Made by a program: the position numbers and the translations under genes. A model generated the notes under the pieces. That model ran no database searches and was not told where the DNA came from. It was given only the letters and a program-made list of their open reading frames with translations. Of a stretch of 64,000 nucleotides of DNA, positions 49,656-63,406 are shown piece after piece. How positions within the stretch are numbered: the first letter of the stretch is position 1; every line of letters begins with the position of its first letter. The DNA comes from Chiloscyllium plagiosum. Its lineage: Eukaryota. The stretch covers positions 21,674,331-21,738,330 of the forward strand of contig NC_057749.1 of assembly GCF_004010195.1 (NCBI RefSeq), in the 5' to 3' direction.

Positions 49656-50412
49656 ATGAAGCTTTTGTATAGCTGGGGAACTCGCTGCCTGTGCAGTTAG
49701 AAACAGTCAAATTTGCTCCAGTGGGACACTCTTTCCATTTGAACACTGGTCACCAGTTTGTGACAATCTAACAACCTGGTTCCAACAGAAACAAAATCAA
49801 GGAGTGACTCTCCCAACAAACCTGTCCCCATGGAAACAGTCACGGTTCACAAAACAAGAAACAAGTCTGACCAACCAGGAAGGCAAAAGGGAGAAGATTC
49901 CAAGATAAGGTGCGATGAAATTGAAAAAGAAAACCACATGAAAAGGTTTGGAAAGGGCAAGTCTTGGTAGACGTTTCCAGTTTGGGAGAGACCACAAACA
50001 GTAACATCGCTGAAACCTCTTTCCCAAGTGCAGGACTTTCTACTGCAGGTGGGTAGTTATAGAGTCAGAGATCGACAGCATGGAAAACGGCCCGCACTGT
50101 TCAAAAAACCACCGCCTAACTATTCTAATCCCATTGCCTTGTACGCCTTCGATTCACAAGTGCACATCTAAATACTTAAATGGTCTGATGGTTTCTACCT
50201 CTCCCACCTTCATAGGCAGCGAGTTCCAGATTCCCACCATCATCATCATCCAGGTGAAAATGACTTTCCTCACATCTTCTCTAACCTCCTGCCCCGTTAC
50301 CTTAAACCTACCCTGCCTGGGCATGGTTCTCCATCATGGGGTAAAGTTCCTGCTCCACAGATGCTGCCAGTCCTGCAGAGTTTCTCCAGCAATTTTTTTT
50401 TTTTTTTAAAAA

Positions 50413-50740
50413 GGAATCCCTCCTGTGTAGGAACAGGCCCCTCGGCCCAACAAGTCCACACCGACCCTCCAAGGAGTAACTCAGCCAGACCCATTCCAAC
50501 CACCCTATATATACCCCTGACTAATACACCTAACTCTCACATCCCTGAACACGATGGGCAATTTAGCACGGCCAATTCACCTGACCTGCACATCTTTGGA
50601 TCATGGGAGGAAACCGGAGCACGCTGACACGGGGAGAACGTGCAAACTCCACACAGACAGTCGCCCAGGGTCGGAATCGGGCCAGAGTCCTGGTGGTGCG
50701 AGGCAGCAATACTAACCATTCAGCCACCGTGCCACCCTGC
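50413..50740 (-). mobile_element. HE1-like V-SINE
   Basis: Reverse-complement SINE consensus. Confidence 0.85.
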
Positions 50741-53374
50741 AGTGCTCAGTTTCTTTGGTGTACGTCACCCGTTAAGCCTGCTCCACACATGACTGATCCA
50801 AGTCAAAAAGACTGGCACTACAAAAGCACAGGCAGCATCCGAGGAGCAGGAGGGTCTACGTTTCACTGACTTCTCCAGCATTTGCAGTCATCACCTTCCC
50901 CCAATGACTGCTCTTCTGCCTTGACTCATTTCCTTCCTGCTCCCCATTCGTCAATTCTCAAAAATCAAGAACTTGTCTATTCAGTCTTAAACGTGACATG
51001 GAGCGTTCACAAACATCCGGGATAGAGATTTTCAACAGCTCCCAGAGTGTGGAAATATCTTCTCATTTCAATCTTAAACCTTCATCCACTTATCCTGACA
51101 CTGTCCTCCGTTCCAAAGTTCCCCCCAAGCCAGAGGGAACACAACCACTCGGTTTCTAACCAATCACGCTTTTTCACAATCCTGGGGATTTCGACAAGAT
51201 CATCTCTCAATCTTGTAAACTCCAGAGAACATTTGCCCAAATTACTCAGCCACAAATCACAGTTCAGTACTCGCAACCCAGATACTAGGTACCCAGGTAG
51301 TATCTCCTGTACAAGGACATCCTTGATAGAATAGCACTAACAGTGCAGATGACTCAGGTACAAAAAGGGCCTGTCGGCTCTGTCTGTGCCATGAACATAG
51401 TGGAACCACATGAAATACAAACACAGTAGACAGATGACCATGAGAGAGAGAGGGGGAAAGAGAGNNNNNNNNNNNNNNNNNNNNNNNNNNNNNNNNNNNN
51501 NNNNNNNNNNNNNNNNNNNNNNNNNNNNNNNNNNNNNNNNNNNNNNNNNNNNNNNNNNNNNNNNNNNNNNNNNNNNNNNNNNNNNNNNNNNNNNNNNNNN
51601 NNNNNNNNNNNNNNNNNNNNNNNNNNNNNNNNNNNNNNNNNNNNNNNNNNNNNNNNNNNNNNNNNNNNNNNNNNNNNNNNNNNNNNNNNNNNNNNNNNNN
51701 NNNNNNNNNNNNNNNNNNNNNNNNNNNNNNNNNNNNNNNNNNNNNNNNNNNNNNNNNNNNNNNNNNNNNNNNNNNNNNNNNNNNNNNNNNNNNNNNNNNN
51801 NNNNNNNNNNNNNNNNNNNNNNNNNNNNNNNNNNNNNNNNNNNNNNNNNNNNNNNNNNNNNNNNNNNNNNNNNNNNNNNNNNNNNNNNNNNNNNNNNNNN
51901 NNNNNNNNNNNNNNNNNNNNNNNNNNNNNNNNNNNNNNNNNNNNNNNNNNNNNNNNNNNNNNNNTAGTATCAAGCTAGTGACCTTTCTCTGGACTGTCTC
52001 CAATGCCAGTACATCTTTGATTAGATATTAAGTGTAAATAGCTTGATTTGTTCTATTTTATCTGCATCTCATTAGTGTAATAAGCTTGTTATGTTGTTAA
52101 AACTAAATCTGCACCATAGTGTGCTCGTGTTTCACTAAAAGACTATCATATTAAAATGAAGAAAAAATAAGATCTATAGCTGGAATTCAGCCTGAGATCT
52201 GACTTGCGCAGTGGCTATGACCATACAGCTATGTTTCTACAGTCTGATATAGAGCGCTGCCTCTCTCACAGTCTCCAGACCAAACACTTCTCTCTCTGTG
52301 CTCTGATTACATCATCTGCTTCATCACTGACAGACTTACATTAATTCCTCACTCCGGAAATACACTATAGCTTATCACGACATAAAACCAAAATACCTTG
52401 AATCTGAAGCAAAAGTAGACAGTGCTGGAAAAACTCAGTATCTGTGGAGACAGAAACAAGTTCAAGTCCAATATGACTCTCCTTTGGATTTCTCCTTCCC
52501 TCCCCAGTTCAGTGAGAAAATTAAAGGCAGTTTCAACTGCCTCCAGCACCTCACCTTTAACTCGGCTCCCAAGGGAAATGACAGAACAAAGATTCTACCA
52601 TACAAGTTACCCTTAACAGAATGAAATACATTCATTGCGTACCCCATTTCTAGACACATCTGTCTGACAATAATACATCAGTCGTGCTTTCCAAAAGCAA
52701 ACCAGAAAAGAAGATCACAATAAAAGTTAAGATAATAAATCCTGTCGAAATTCAGGAGAAATGTCTCTTACTCGGAGATCTGTGAGAATGTGGGACTCAT
52801 TATGTAGACTGACTGAAGTAGATACATTTAAGTGGAAGTTGGATAAGTACATGAAAGGAGAAATTGATATGTGGATAGATTTACACCTAAGGGTTGGACA
52901 GGCAGCTTGCCAGGCAGCTCATTCCATATACGCACCACCTTCTGTGTGAAAAAGGTGCCCCTTAGGGTCCCTTTTAAATCTTTGCCCTCTCACCTTAAAT
53001 CTAAGCCCTGTTGTTTTTGACTTCCCCACCCCACCCCGGGGAAAAGACCTCATCTATTTCCCCCTCACGATCTTATCAACCTCATTGGCGTTTCAATGAG
53101 TAAAATGTGGTTTGACTGTAACATTTAGGATCCTAGAGAGGGCTCTTCTTGACAGGGTATGTACGGGGTGGGGCTGGGTGGTTAGGGGGTGATTACCCTT
53201 GTGGGAGAATCTAAAACCTGGCGTCATTTGTCAAAAATCAGAGTCACGCACATAAGATAGAGAGGTGAGTGCACTTTATCTCTCAGAATGTTCTGAATCT
53301 TTGAAACTCGTTTCATGAACAAGTGATGGGAGCCAAATGCTTGAATATTTTTAAGGCTGGATAGATGGATTATT

Positions 53375-54140
53375 CGATTCATGGGGTTGTACAGCACCGA
53401 AACACATCCTTCAGTCCAACTTGTCCAAGACAACCAGGTATCTTAAATTAATCTAGTGCCGTTTGCCAGCACCCAGCCCACATTCCTCCAAACCCTTCCT
53501 ATTCATATACCCATCCAGATGCCTTTTAAATGTTGCAATTGTACCAGCCTCCACCACTTCCTCTTGCAGCTCATTCCATACACATACCACTCTCTGCATG
53601 AAAAAGTTGCCCCTTAGGTCCCTTTTATATCTTTCCCCTCTCACCTTAAACCTATGCCCTCTAGTCCTGGATTCCCCCACCCCAGGGAGAAGACTTTGTC
53701 TATTTATCTTATCCGTGCCCCTCAGGATTTTGTAAACCTCTATAAGATTATCCCTCAGCCTCCAATGCTCCAGGGAAAACAGCACCAGCCTATTCAACCG
53801 CTCCGTATAGCTCAAACCCTCCAACCCTGGCAACATCCTTGTAAATCTTTGAGACTACACTTTATGCTGCCCTGTGTATGGTTGTGTAGTTTCTGCTGTC
53901 CATGTAGCACCCTCGGTCCTAGAGGAACACTGTCTCATTTTTCCTGCGTTAGTTGATTTAGTAGAAATTACAAATAAAACTACTCTTGACTCTTGAAATC
54001 CTTTCAAGTTTAACAGCATCTTTCCAACAGCTGGGAGAGACCAAAATTGCACACAATATTCCAACAGTGGCCTAACCGATGTCCTGTACCTCCACAACAT
54101 GACCTCCCAACTCCTATACTCAATGCACTGACCAATAAAG
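53375..54140 (-). mobile_element. CR1 LINE 3' part, interrupted at ~53851-53995 by a plus-strand Rex1-like 3' tail
   Basis: MLPGLEGLSYTERLNRL...RTRGHRFKVRGERYKRDLRGNFF. The insert ends aaataaaactactcttgactcttga. Confidence 0.88.
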
Positions 54141-54216
54141 GCAAAACATCTGGCTGAAAGGAGGCGGGAATGGTAGAGCAGGCACGTCTTGTTCCTAATT
54201 CAAATATTGATGTGTA

Positions 54217-54520
54217 GATTAGATTAGATTCCCTACAGTGTGGAAACAGGCCCTTCGGCCCAACAAGTCCACACCGACCCTCTGAAGAGTAACCCACCCA
54301 GACCCATTTCCCTTTTAATAATGCACCTAACAGTATGGACAATTTAGCACGGCCAATTCACCTGACCTGCACATCTTTGTGACTGTGGGAGGAAACCAGA
54401 GCACCCGGAGGAAACCCACGGGGAGAATGTGCAAACTCCACACAGTCACCCGAGGCTGGAATTGAACCTGGGTCCCTGGTGCTGTGAGGCAGCAGTGCTA
54501 ACCACTGAGCCACCGTGCCG
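54217..54520 (-). mobile_element. HE1-like V-SINE
   Basis: Reverse-complement SINE with (tagat)n tail. Confidence 0.9.
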
Positions 54521-54983
54521 CCCCACGGGGTGGGGGGGTGGGATTTCTGAAGCATTAGTGTCCGTCAATGTTTGATGAACTGAGTTACTTCTATAAAGCT
54601 TCTCAAACATCCCTATTCACATCTGCCTCCATCACCACCTCTGGCAATGCGTTCTAGACTCCTACCACTCTCTGTGTTAAAAAACGTACCCCTCACACCT
54701 TCTTTGAACTTGCCCCTTCTCACCCTATCTCATGCCCTCACCATGCCAGTTCTGGCTCCCTGTCTTCCTGTAACCCTGCCTGTGCTTCCTATGCAACTAA
54801 CAATCCAACTGCTCCTGGAACCTGTCTCCACCACATCCCGGGCAGCGCATTCCAGACCCTAACCTCCCAGTGAAGTGTACTCCCTGTTGGGATGTAGGAA
54901 CCGTGCAGACAGCAATCTCCCATCAATGTGCCAATGCCCGGGTAATGGGTTTTATTTGTGATGTTGGTTGAGGGATCAATATT

Positions 54984-55181
54984 CGTGTCGAGAGTGTGTT
55001 GCTGGAAAAGCACAGCAGATCAGGCAGCATCAGAGGAGCAGGAGAATCAACGTTCCGGGCAAAAGCCCTTTATCAGGAAACATTGACTCTCTTGCTCCTC
55101 GGATGCTGCCTGACCTGCTGTGCTTTTCCAGCACCACACTCTCGACACTGATCTCCAGTGTCTGCAGTCCTCACTCTCTCC
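54984..55181. mobile_element. Fold-back family A element with 15-bp TSD
   Basis: tgagggatcaatatt at 54969-54983 and 55182-55196, with inverted arms. Confidence 0.88.
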
Positions 55182-55819
55182 TGAGGGATCAATATTGTCC
55201 AGGACACAGGAGAGAACTCTCTTGCCTTTGGAATACGGTTTTGGGTAAACATTTGTTCTGCCTGGGAAAGTTTCTTCCATTGCTACTTTTAACGATTCCA
55301 ATGAAGAGCTTATGCCTGAGACGTCGATTTTCCTGCCTCTCCGATGCTGCCTGACCGACTGTGCTTTTCCAGGGCCACACGATTTGACGCTGACTACTAT
55401 GGACGATTGTCTTAAAACTGTGCCCTCTGGTTCCTGATCCTTCCACCCCGAGACGATTTCAACTTTTCATTGCTCCACCTGACTTTCAACTCACACCCCT
55501 CTGACAGAGATTGCTGGTGCAAATCTGACATCATGCAACTTGTTCGATGCTCAAATTGACAAGAGTGGGTTGGGAGGAGTGTGGAATATGTTTGCCATGG
55601 TCAGGCAAGAAGTACAACCACTGATGGCAGCAATGAAGAGCCAGTGTGGGATCTGCCTGTGCATAGAATGGAGGCACACACTTGCACTGAGGTGGTCTGA
55701 CATTCTCCTCAATAAAAACCTTCATGGTTTGTAGGTGACCAGGAGCTTCAAACGTCAATCACCTATTGAGGAACAAGAGTCAGATTTCGGACGAGGAGCA
55801 GGATTAGGGTTAGAGTTGG

Positions 55820-58780
55820 CAGAAGATGGTAACTAAAAAAGCAAGAAACCAGGGAGAATATAAAATATGACAGTAAGCTAGCTCATTATATAAAAGACGA
55901 TGTAAGAGTTTACTTTAGATATCTAAGAGAGAGATAAGCGTAGACATTGGACTGCTGGAAAATGAGGCCGGACAAGTCATACTGGGGACAAAGGAATGGT
56001 GAAGAAACAAAATAGGATCTTTGCATCCATTTTCACGGTGGAAGACATCAGTAACACATCAGAACTTCAAGAGAGTCAGAGGGCAGAGCTGAGTGTACTG
56101 GCCATCACTGAGGAGAAGGCGCTGGGGAAAATGTAAGGTCAGATGGACTACTCCCCAGAGTTACTTTGATTACTTACAGTGTGGAAACAGGCCCAACAAG
56201 TCCACACCGACCCGCCGAAGTGCAACCCACCCTGACCCATTCCCCTACACCTAACACTACGGGCAATTTAGCATGGCCAATTTTGCACATTTTCTGTGGG
56301 AGGAAGCTGGAGCAAACCCACGCAGACATGCTACTGGGGCAGCAGTCCCACTGGGGCAGGTAGCAGAGAGGATTGTAGAGGAATTGGTGGTGACCTTTCA
56401 GGAATCACTGGAGTTAGGGAGTGTCTGGAAAAGAATAATGTAACATCCCTGTTTAAGAAGGGGGTGAGGCAGATGAAGGTGGTTGGTATGACTTTAGAGT
56501 CCATTATTAAGGATGGGATTGTGGAATACTTGGAAGTACTTGGTAAAATCAAGCTGAGTCAACACAGCTTCAACAAAGAGTAGTCATGCCTGACAAATCT
56601 GTTAGAATTCTTTGAGGAGTCAATGAACAAGTTAGATGAAAGGGAGCCAGTGGACGTGATCTATTCGGACTTCAACAAGGTACCGCACTGGAGGCTGCTA
56701 AATAACTTAAGAGTCCATGGTAGGTAAGGCAAGATACTGGCGTGGATTCAGGATTGGCTGATCGACAGAATGCAGAGAGTGGGAATAGAGGGTTCTTTTT
56801 CAGAATGGTGGCCGGTAACCAATGGAGTTACACAGGGGTCAGTGTTTGGACTACAACTATTCATGTGATATATTAATGATTCGAATGAAGAAACTGAAGG
56901 CACTGTTGCTAAGTTTGCAGATGATGCAAAGGTACATGAAGGAACAGGTAGTGCTGAGAAAGCAGAAGGCCACATAAGGGTGTGGAAAGGCAAAGACAGT
57001 AGCAGATGGAATACTATGTGAGGTCATGGACCTTATAGATGTTGTTAAACTTGAGACCGTGCAGAAAATGTCGACAAGGATGTTGCTGGGACTGGAGAGC
57101 TTGTGAGAGGGAGAGGCTGAATAGGCTGGGGCTATTTTCCCTGGAGAGTCAGAAGATGAGAGGGTGACCTTATAGAGATTTATAAAATCATAATGCGCAT
57201 ATTATGAGGTCTTTTACCCAGAGTGTGGGGGTGTCCAAAACTAGAGGGCATAGGATTAAGATGAGAGGGGGAAGATTCAAAAAGGACCCGAGGGGCAACA
57301 TTTTTATGCAGAAGGGTGGTGCGTGTATGGAATATGTTGCCAGAGAAAGTCACAGAGTTGTCAGGATGTACAGCACAGAAACAGACTTAGATTAGATTAC
57401 TTACAGTGTGGAAACAGGCCCTTCAGCCCAACAAGTCCACACCGACCCGCCGAAGAGCAACCCATCCAGACCGATTCCCCAAATTTACCCCTTCACCTAG
57501 CACTATGGACAATTTAGCATGGCCAATTCACCTGACCTGCGCATTTTTGGACTGTGAGAGGAAACCGGAGCACCCGGAGGAAACCCACGCAGACACGGGG
57601 AGAATGNNNNNNNNNNNNNNNNNNNNNNNNNNNNNNNNNNNNNNNNNNNNNNNNNNNNNNNNNNNNNNNNNNNNNNNNNNNCATACACGTACCACCCTCT
57701 GTGTGAAAAGGTTGCCCCTTAGGTCCCTTTTAAATTTCTCCCCTCTCACCCTAAACTTATGGCTTCTAGTTCTGGACTCCCCCAGTCCAGGGAAAGGATC
57801 TTAGCTATTTACCTTATCTCTGCCCCTCTAGAAGGTCACCCCTCAGCCTCTGATGCTCCAGGGAAAACAGTCCCTGAGGTGGGTACAATGGTATTTAAAA
57901 GGCATCTGGATGGGTATATGAATCAGAAGGGTTTAGAGGGAGATGGACCAAATGCTGGCAATTGGGACAAGGTCAGATTGGGGCACCTAGTTGGCATGGA
58001 CAGGTAGGCCTCAAGGTCTGTTCCCATGCCGTATGACTCTATAACTCTGTAAGACAGGCATAGACTATTTTCTAAATGCAGAAGGGCTTTGGAAATCTGA
58101 ATCAGAAAGAGTATTGGGCATCTTAGTTCAGGACTTTCTTCATGTTACCATGCAGGTTCTGTTGGATGTTAGGAAGGCAAATGCAAAGTTGGCATTCATT
58201 TTGAGAGGGCTAGAATACAAGAGCAGGGATGTACTGCGAGGCTTTATAAGGCTCTGGCCAGACCACATTAGGAATATTGTGCACAGTTTAAGCTTCGTAT
58301 CTACTGGCATTGGAGTGGGTTCAAAGGAGGGTTATAAGAATGATCCCAGGAGCAGTTAAAGTCCTGTGGTTGTACAGTCTATGGAGTTTAGCAGAATGAG
58401 GTGGGAGGATCTGATTAAAACATACAGAATTCTGAGAGCCTCAATACAGTGGATGTGGAGAAGATGTTTCCACTAGTAGAAGAGACCAGGAGCTGAGGGC
58501 ACAGCCTCAGGGTGTGAAGGGATGACCCTTTAGAACTGAGAGAAGGAAGAATTGCTTCAGGTAAAAGGTGGTGGACTCACTAGTGCAGAGGGCTGTGGAG
58601 GCCTAGTCATTGAGTGTCATTAAGACAGATGCATCAGCACGTGATTGGTATGGGGATCAAAGAGTTTACAGAGAAAAGGCAGGAAAATGGGGTTGAGAAA
58701 CGTATCAGCCTCGATCAAATAGTTGAGCTGATATGATGGGCTGAATGGGCGAAATCTGCTCTGGTAGCCTATGACCTTAT
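55820..58780 (+). mobile_element. Mosaic of degraded CR1 ORF2 fragments with nested HE1 SINEs (56168-56330, 57387-57606) and an inverted CR1 piece (57682-57870)
   Basis: NVTSLFKKG, SQHSF, a QGSV motif, aagtttgcagatgat (KFADD) and KANAKLAFILRGLEYKS. Confidence 0.8.
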
Positions 58781-58789
58781 GATCCACGG

Positions 58790-59070
58790 GTTTTAATGTC
58801 AGGGCAGAGTCAATGTCAAGGTTAAATTTAGAGTTAGGGAAAGGATTTGAATTAGGGTTGGAGTTTGATTTAAGATTAGGTTAACCTTTAGGATCAGTGT
58901 TAAGGTTAATGGCGGATCTTGGCATTAGGACTCGTCTCCGTGTTCAGGTTATGATCAGATTATGGATTAGAGTTTCTTTTAGGGTTAGGGTAGTGCGTTA
59001 GGGTTAGGGGGTAGGTGTTAGTCGTAGGCTAAAAGTTAGGATCAGGGTTAGGGTCAAGGTTTAAGCTTGG
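58790..59070 (+). repeat. Highly degenerate (TTAGGG)-like tract
   Basis: Scattered ttaggg, ttagag and tcaggg hexamers. Confidence 0.65.
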
Positions 59071-60269
59071 CGTAAGAATCAGGGAGTCACTTTATCACCA
59101 GAGGTGTTCTTTACTCAACCATTTACACGTCCAATATGTTTCAGGTTTGAAGGGATGGCTCTGTACCCATCAGTGAGCTGTCCAGAAATCTCATGGTATG
59201 CAGCGTCCAGCACAAGGTTGTACAAGAGAGGGAGCGTAGTTGCAGGAGAATGTTCAAAACTCTTCTTCACTCACTCATAGAGAAGAACAATGAAGTGGAA
59301 CAGGGTAGTGATGATGAGTCACCCAACATCCAGTGGGGTCCTCGAATGGTTCGGAAGTTCAATGGGGAAATTTAATAAGTTGCAAAGACGAATTATTGGA
59401 CTCAAAGTATTAATTCTGTTTCTCGCTCCACAGATGCTGCCAGACCTGCTGAGTTTCTCCAGCACTTTCTCTTTTTTTTTCAGATTTCTAGTCTCTGGAG
59501 ATTTGTGCTTTTGAGGTCTGTTCCTTTAGTGTTGCTGGGTCAAGATCCTGCAGCTTTCTCCCTTAATGCACTCTGGGTTCGTCCAAACCACAGGAACTGC
59601 ACTGGCTCAACCACCACCTTCTTCAGGCTGTTAGACAGTGCGATAAACGGTCAAGTCAGCGATGCTCAAAAACTGTATAATGAATAAGAAAAAAGTGGTA
59701 ACTCTCAGGAACAGATTACAAATGAAATTCTGTGTTTTGTTGGCTCAGTCAGCTTCAAACCCCTTACTGTGCTACCCTTTCTCAATACCGTCTTTGAAAT
59801 GGACAATGCCACTCATCCACTCAGTGGATCTCAGTCTGTATTGATGTTCAGTATGAGCTGGTCTCTGGCACTCAATACATAACAGGGAAGAATGAATTTA
59901 TAAACCCTAAGTCAGAAGCAAACTTAACAAATATCATTTTGTCAGATCCCATTGATGAATATACAATTTCTGGAGTTAGGGCTTCTTATACTCACAGCTT
60001 CATCAGTGGTTTAGATCTGTTCCTGATTGTCATATTGTCCTCCAAATGATTCCAGAATTGTTTGACACAGTTGTAGCTATTCAGATCATCATGCTGCATG
60101 CAGTCCCTGTGAGGTTTTCTGTTTACGATTTCCAATACTTCTTTGCAATCTCGTCTTAACCTTACCCACTCAAAGCAGAACAATAATGGCTTCTCATCCA
60201 CAATAATTTGTATTTATTTGTCCTCTCAAATAGTGCAAAATGTCCCAAGGTGCCTCAAGGGTGATTGAA

Positions 60270-60460
60270 ATATCTCCACGAAGGCTGGCATCCTGTCATT
60301 GAGTCACCCTTTATGTACACATGCATAGTACATGACACTGAACCACCAGCTCAGAGCCAGCTCCCAGAGTGAGCAGAGCCCCTGACATGCCTGTTTGTAT
60401 CTGCCAGCTAAGGCTCCCTGATGGACCAGGTTAACAGTCTCAATCAGGGAACTCTAACCT
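60270..60460 (-). mobile_element. Possible LTR fragment
   Basis: Minus strand has tatA-like and ataaa-like signals in an LTR-like arrangement; there is no coding support. Confidence 0.3.
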
Positions 60461-60704
60461 CTGAGCCACCGTGTTGCCCAGAAACAACAAAAATAAATAT
60501 TTTCCCAGCAATGTCCTCCACAGACACTCAACCCCAACTCCAAGAGACATATAAATACAAGAGGAGAAATATGTAGCCATCTGTATCTGGATGTGCCACT
60601 CTGCTTGGATATGAATTATAATGCTCTTTTACATTTTAAGAAGGGGACAGTATTGTAAACTATGCACTTGTTGAAGATAATGTTGTCAGTTAAGTGGTTA
60701 AGCA

Positions 60705-61038
60705 TGGGTAGCATGATCACTCAATGGTTAGCACTGCTGCCTCACAGCATCAGGGACACTGGTTCGATTCTCACCTCGGGGGTGACTGTCAGTGTGGAGT
60801 TTGCACATTCTCCCCGTGTCTGCATGAGTTTCTTCCGGGTGCTCCAGTTTCCTCCCACAATCTAAAGATCTGCAGGTCAGGTGAATTGGCCATGCTAAAT
60901 TGCCCGTAATGCTAGGTGCATTAGTCAGGGGTAAATATAGGGTAGGGGAATGGTCTGGGTGGGTTACTCTTCAGAGGATCAGTGTGAACTTGTTGGGACT
61001 AAGGGCCTGTTTCCATACTGTAGGGAAACTAATCTAAA
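60705..61038 (+). mobile_element. HE1-like V-SINE
   Basis: tggttagcactgctgcctcacag...ggttcgattc...gtgtggagtttgcacattctcccc. Confidence 0.88.
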
Positions 61039-61429
61039 GTGTAAGCAAGTGGGATTGAAAGTCAGATTTCCTTAAAATTTTCCACACATTGTGTAAGGAA
61101 TAGAAATGATGAGGAAATAAGTTGTGACATCAACAGCTATTGGCATTGTTTCAGCTGATAGTCGGAAAACAGACACTATATGGATTGACTCATCCAGAAG
61201 TGCCATGCTGTGGTCTATGAAGCCAGATGGTTTGATGTTTTGAAGCTAATTGCTCCTTCGAGACTTTCTGCATTTCAGGTATTTAGAGCTATCGTCACAT
61301 CATTCCATGTTCCACTCGGGTTGCCAATTGTGACCAAAGGCATTCATGACGTTCCATCCTATGATTTTCCCCCCAGGCACCAACCACTACTTGCCAACAC
61401 CCCCATCCCTATGACACGTTGTCTTCATA

Positions 61430-61795
61430 GTCCAAATAAAAAGCAAAAAGATACATGTCAGAAATTCATCAAAGATCCTTAGACAGCACCATTCAAGCAC
61501 ACGACCACTGCCATCTTGTCAGACAAGGGCAACAGGTATATGGGAACACCACCAACTGCAAGTTCCCCTCCAAGCCACTCATCATCCTTGTTTGGAAATA
61601 TATGGCCATTCCTTTACTGCTTTGGGTCAAAATCTTGGAATTCCCTCCCTAACAGCAAGGTAGGCCTACATAGAATACACGGACTGCAGAGGTTCAAGAT
61701 GACAGCTCATTACCACCTTCTCAAGGGCAACCAGGAAAGGGCAATAAATGCTGGCCCAGCCAACAACGCCCATTTCCCATGAGTGAGTAAAAATA
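61430..61795 (+). mobile_element. 3' end of an older CR1/L2-group LINE
   Basis: GSKSWNSLPNS...GLQRFK followed by the 3' tail gggcaataaatgctggcccagcc..cccatga. Confidence 0.6.
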
Positions 61796-61928
61796 CTCAT
61801 TACCCAGTTGCTTCATTGTCAGCCGAATGACCCTTCCTTTCCCGTAATCAATGTTTTTACATCTGGTAAAGAGAAATGTTCAAAGAAACTCCTTTTCGTT
61901 TTACTGTCTTGATGAGTTTTCGCTGGTG

Positions 61929-62547
61929 AAACTGTGTTGCTGGAAAAGCGCAGCAGGTCAGGCAGCATCCAAGGTACAGGAGAATCGACGTTTCGGGCAT
62001 GAGCCCTTCTTCAGGAATGAGGAAAGTGTGTTCAGCAGGCTAGGATAAAAGGTAGGGAGGAGGGACTTGGGGGAGGGGTTTTGGAAATGCGATAGGTGGA
62101 GGGAGGTCAAGGTGAGGGTGATAGGCNNNNNNNNNNNNNNNNNNNNNNNNNNNNNTCCAGTTTCCTCATTTCCCCTCCCCCCACCTTCTCTCAGTCAAAT
62201 CCCTCAAACTCAGCACCACCTTCCTAACCTGCAATCATCTTCCTGACCTCTCCGTCCCCACCCCACTCCGGCCTATCATCCTCACCTTGACCTCCCTCCA
62301 CCTATCGCATTTCCAAAACCCCTTGACCTCCCTCCACCTATCGCATTTCCAAAACCCCTCCTCCAAGTCCCTCCTCCATACCTTTTATCTTAGCCTGCTG
62401 AACACACTTTCCTCATTCCTGAAGAAAGGCTTATGCCCGAAACGTCGATTCTCCTGTTCCTTGGATGCTGCCTGACCTGCTGCGCTTTTCCAGCAACACA
62501 TTTTCAGCTCTGATCTCCAGCATCTGCAGCCCTCACTTTCTCTCAAA
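61929..62547. mobile_element. Long fold-back family A element with hammerhead cores on both strands and ~15-bp TSD
   Basis: Minus core CTGAAGA-a-gggc-tcat-gccc-GAAA-cgtc at ~61987-62014; plus core CTGAAGA-a-aggc-ttat-gccc-GAAA-cgtc at 62419-62446. gagttttc(g/t)ctggtg occurs at 61914-61928 and 62548-62562. Confidence 0.88.
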
Positions 62548-63406
62548 GAGTTTTCTCTGGTGTTGCACTTGGCAACGTCCCTGGAGAATGACCTTCAACT
62601 CTTGGCAACTCTAGGCTCCTCTGGACTTGTCAACCAGTGAGAAACATCCAAGTGTCCAAGCGACCTTTGCTCCTTCTGTTGTTGGTGTAGGTGAGATGGA
62701 CTGCTCAAGGGCTGGAGTCAGTATTATTAGTCAACGTTATCTCAGCATTACTGGAGATCAACAGCCAGAAAGCCAACAACCGGCAAGTTGAAAGTTGGCC
62801 GCAGACTGGTCAAGAGGTCAGAGGGCACCATCTGTCCTGCACCTGTACAGGAGCAGGAATCCAGGCTTCAGAAGTTCAGTTGCCTGTGGGAGAAGAGAGC
62901 GACTAAACCAGAGCATTGTGGCGAGGACAGGTCATAGGTTTGAAACCACCCACCAGGTTATGTAACAACTGCTGTAGGACATCCTCTGCACAGCTTCAAC
63001 AGCCCTTGTGAACAGCTTGCATCTGTGTGTATAATCACTGCAGCAATTGGTGCATTTACAGAACAAACACACTCATTCTGCTATCAGCCTTCATTTGGTT
63101 AATCACCAGTTTAATTAATCTAATTAAATCAATTTGCAAAACTATTCAAGTGTAAATGCTGTTTGGTAAACAGAGTTCTGTCTGCCAGCTCAGCAACGGA
63201 GAACCCAGAGATACTGTTTCAACGTTCCAGACATCCAAATTCAAGCCAATCGAAAAGTGGATGATGCTGGAGTCACCTCAGTGCACTTTTGGTGCAATTC
63301 AAGTCAAACTACAGTCAACATTAAGGGTTATGGAGATAAGGCAGGAACAGGATACTGATTAGGAATGATCAGCCATGATTATATTGAATGGCGGTACAGG
63401 CTCGAA

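Noticed and set aside
59992..60201. Minus-strand ORF ending at a gtgagt donor, as a possible GTF2A2 or BNIP2 exon
   Set aside because: The translation does not match TFIIA-gamma or any protein I recognise; the IRNR similarity is coincidental.
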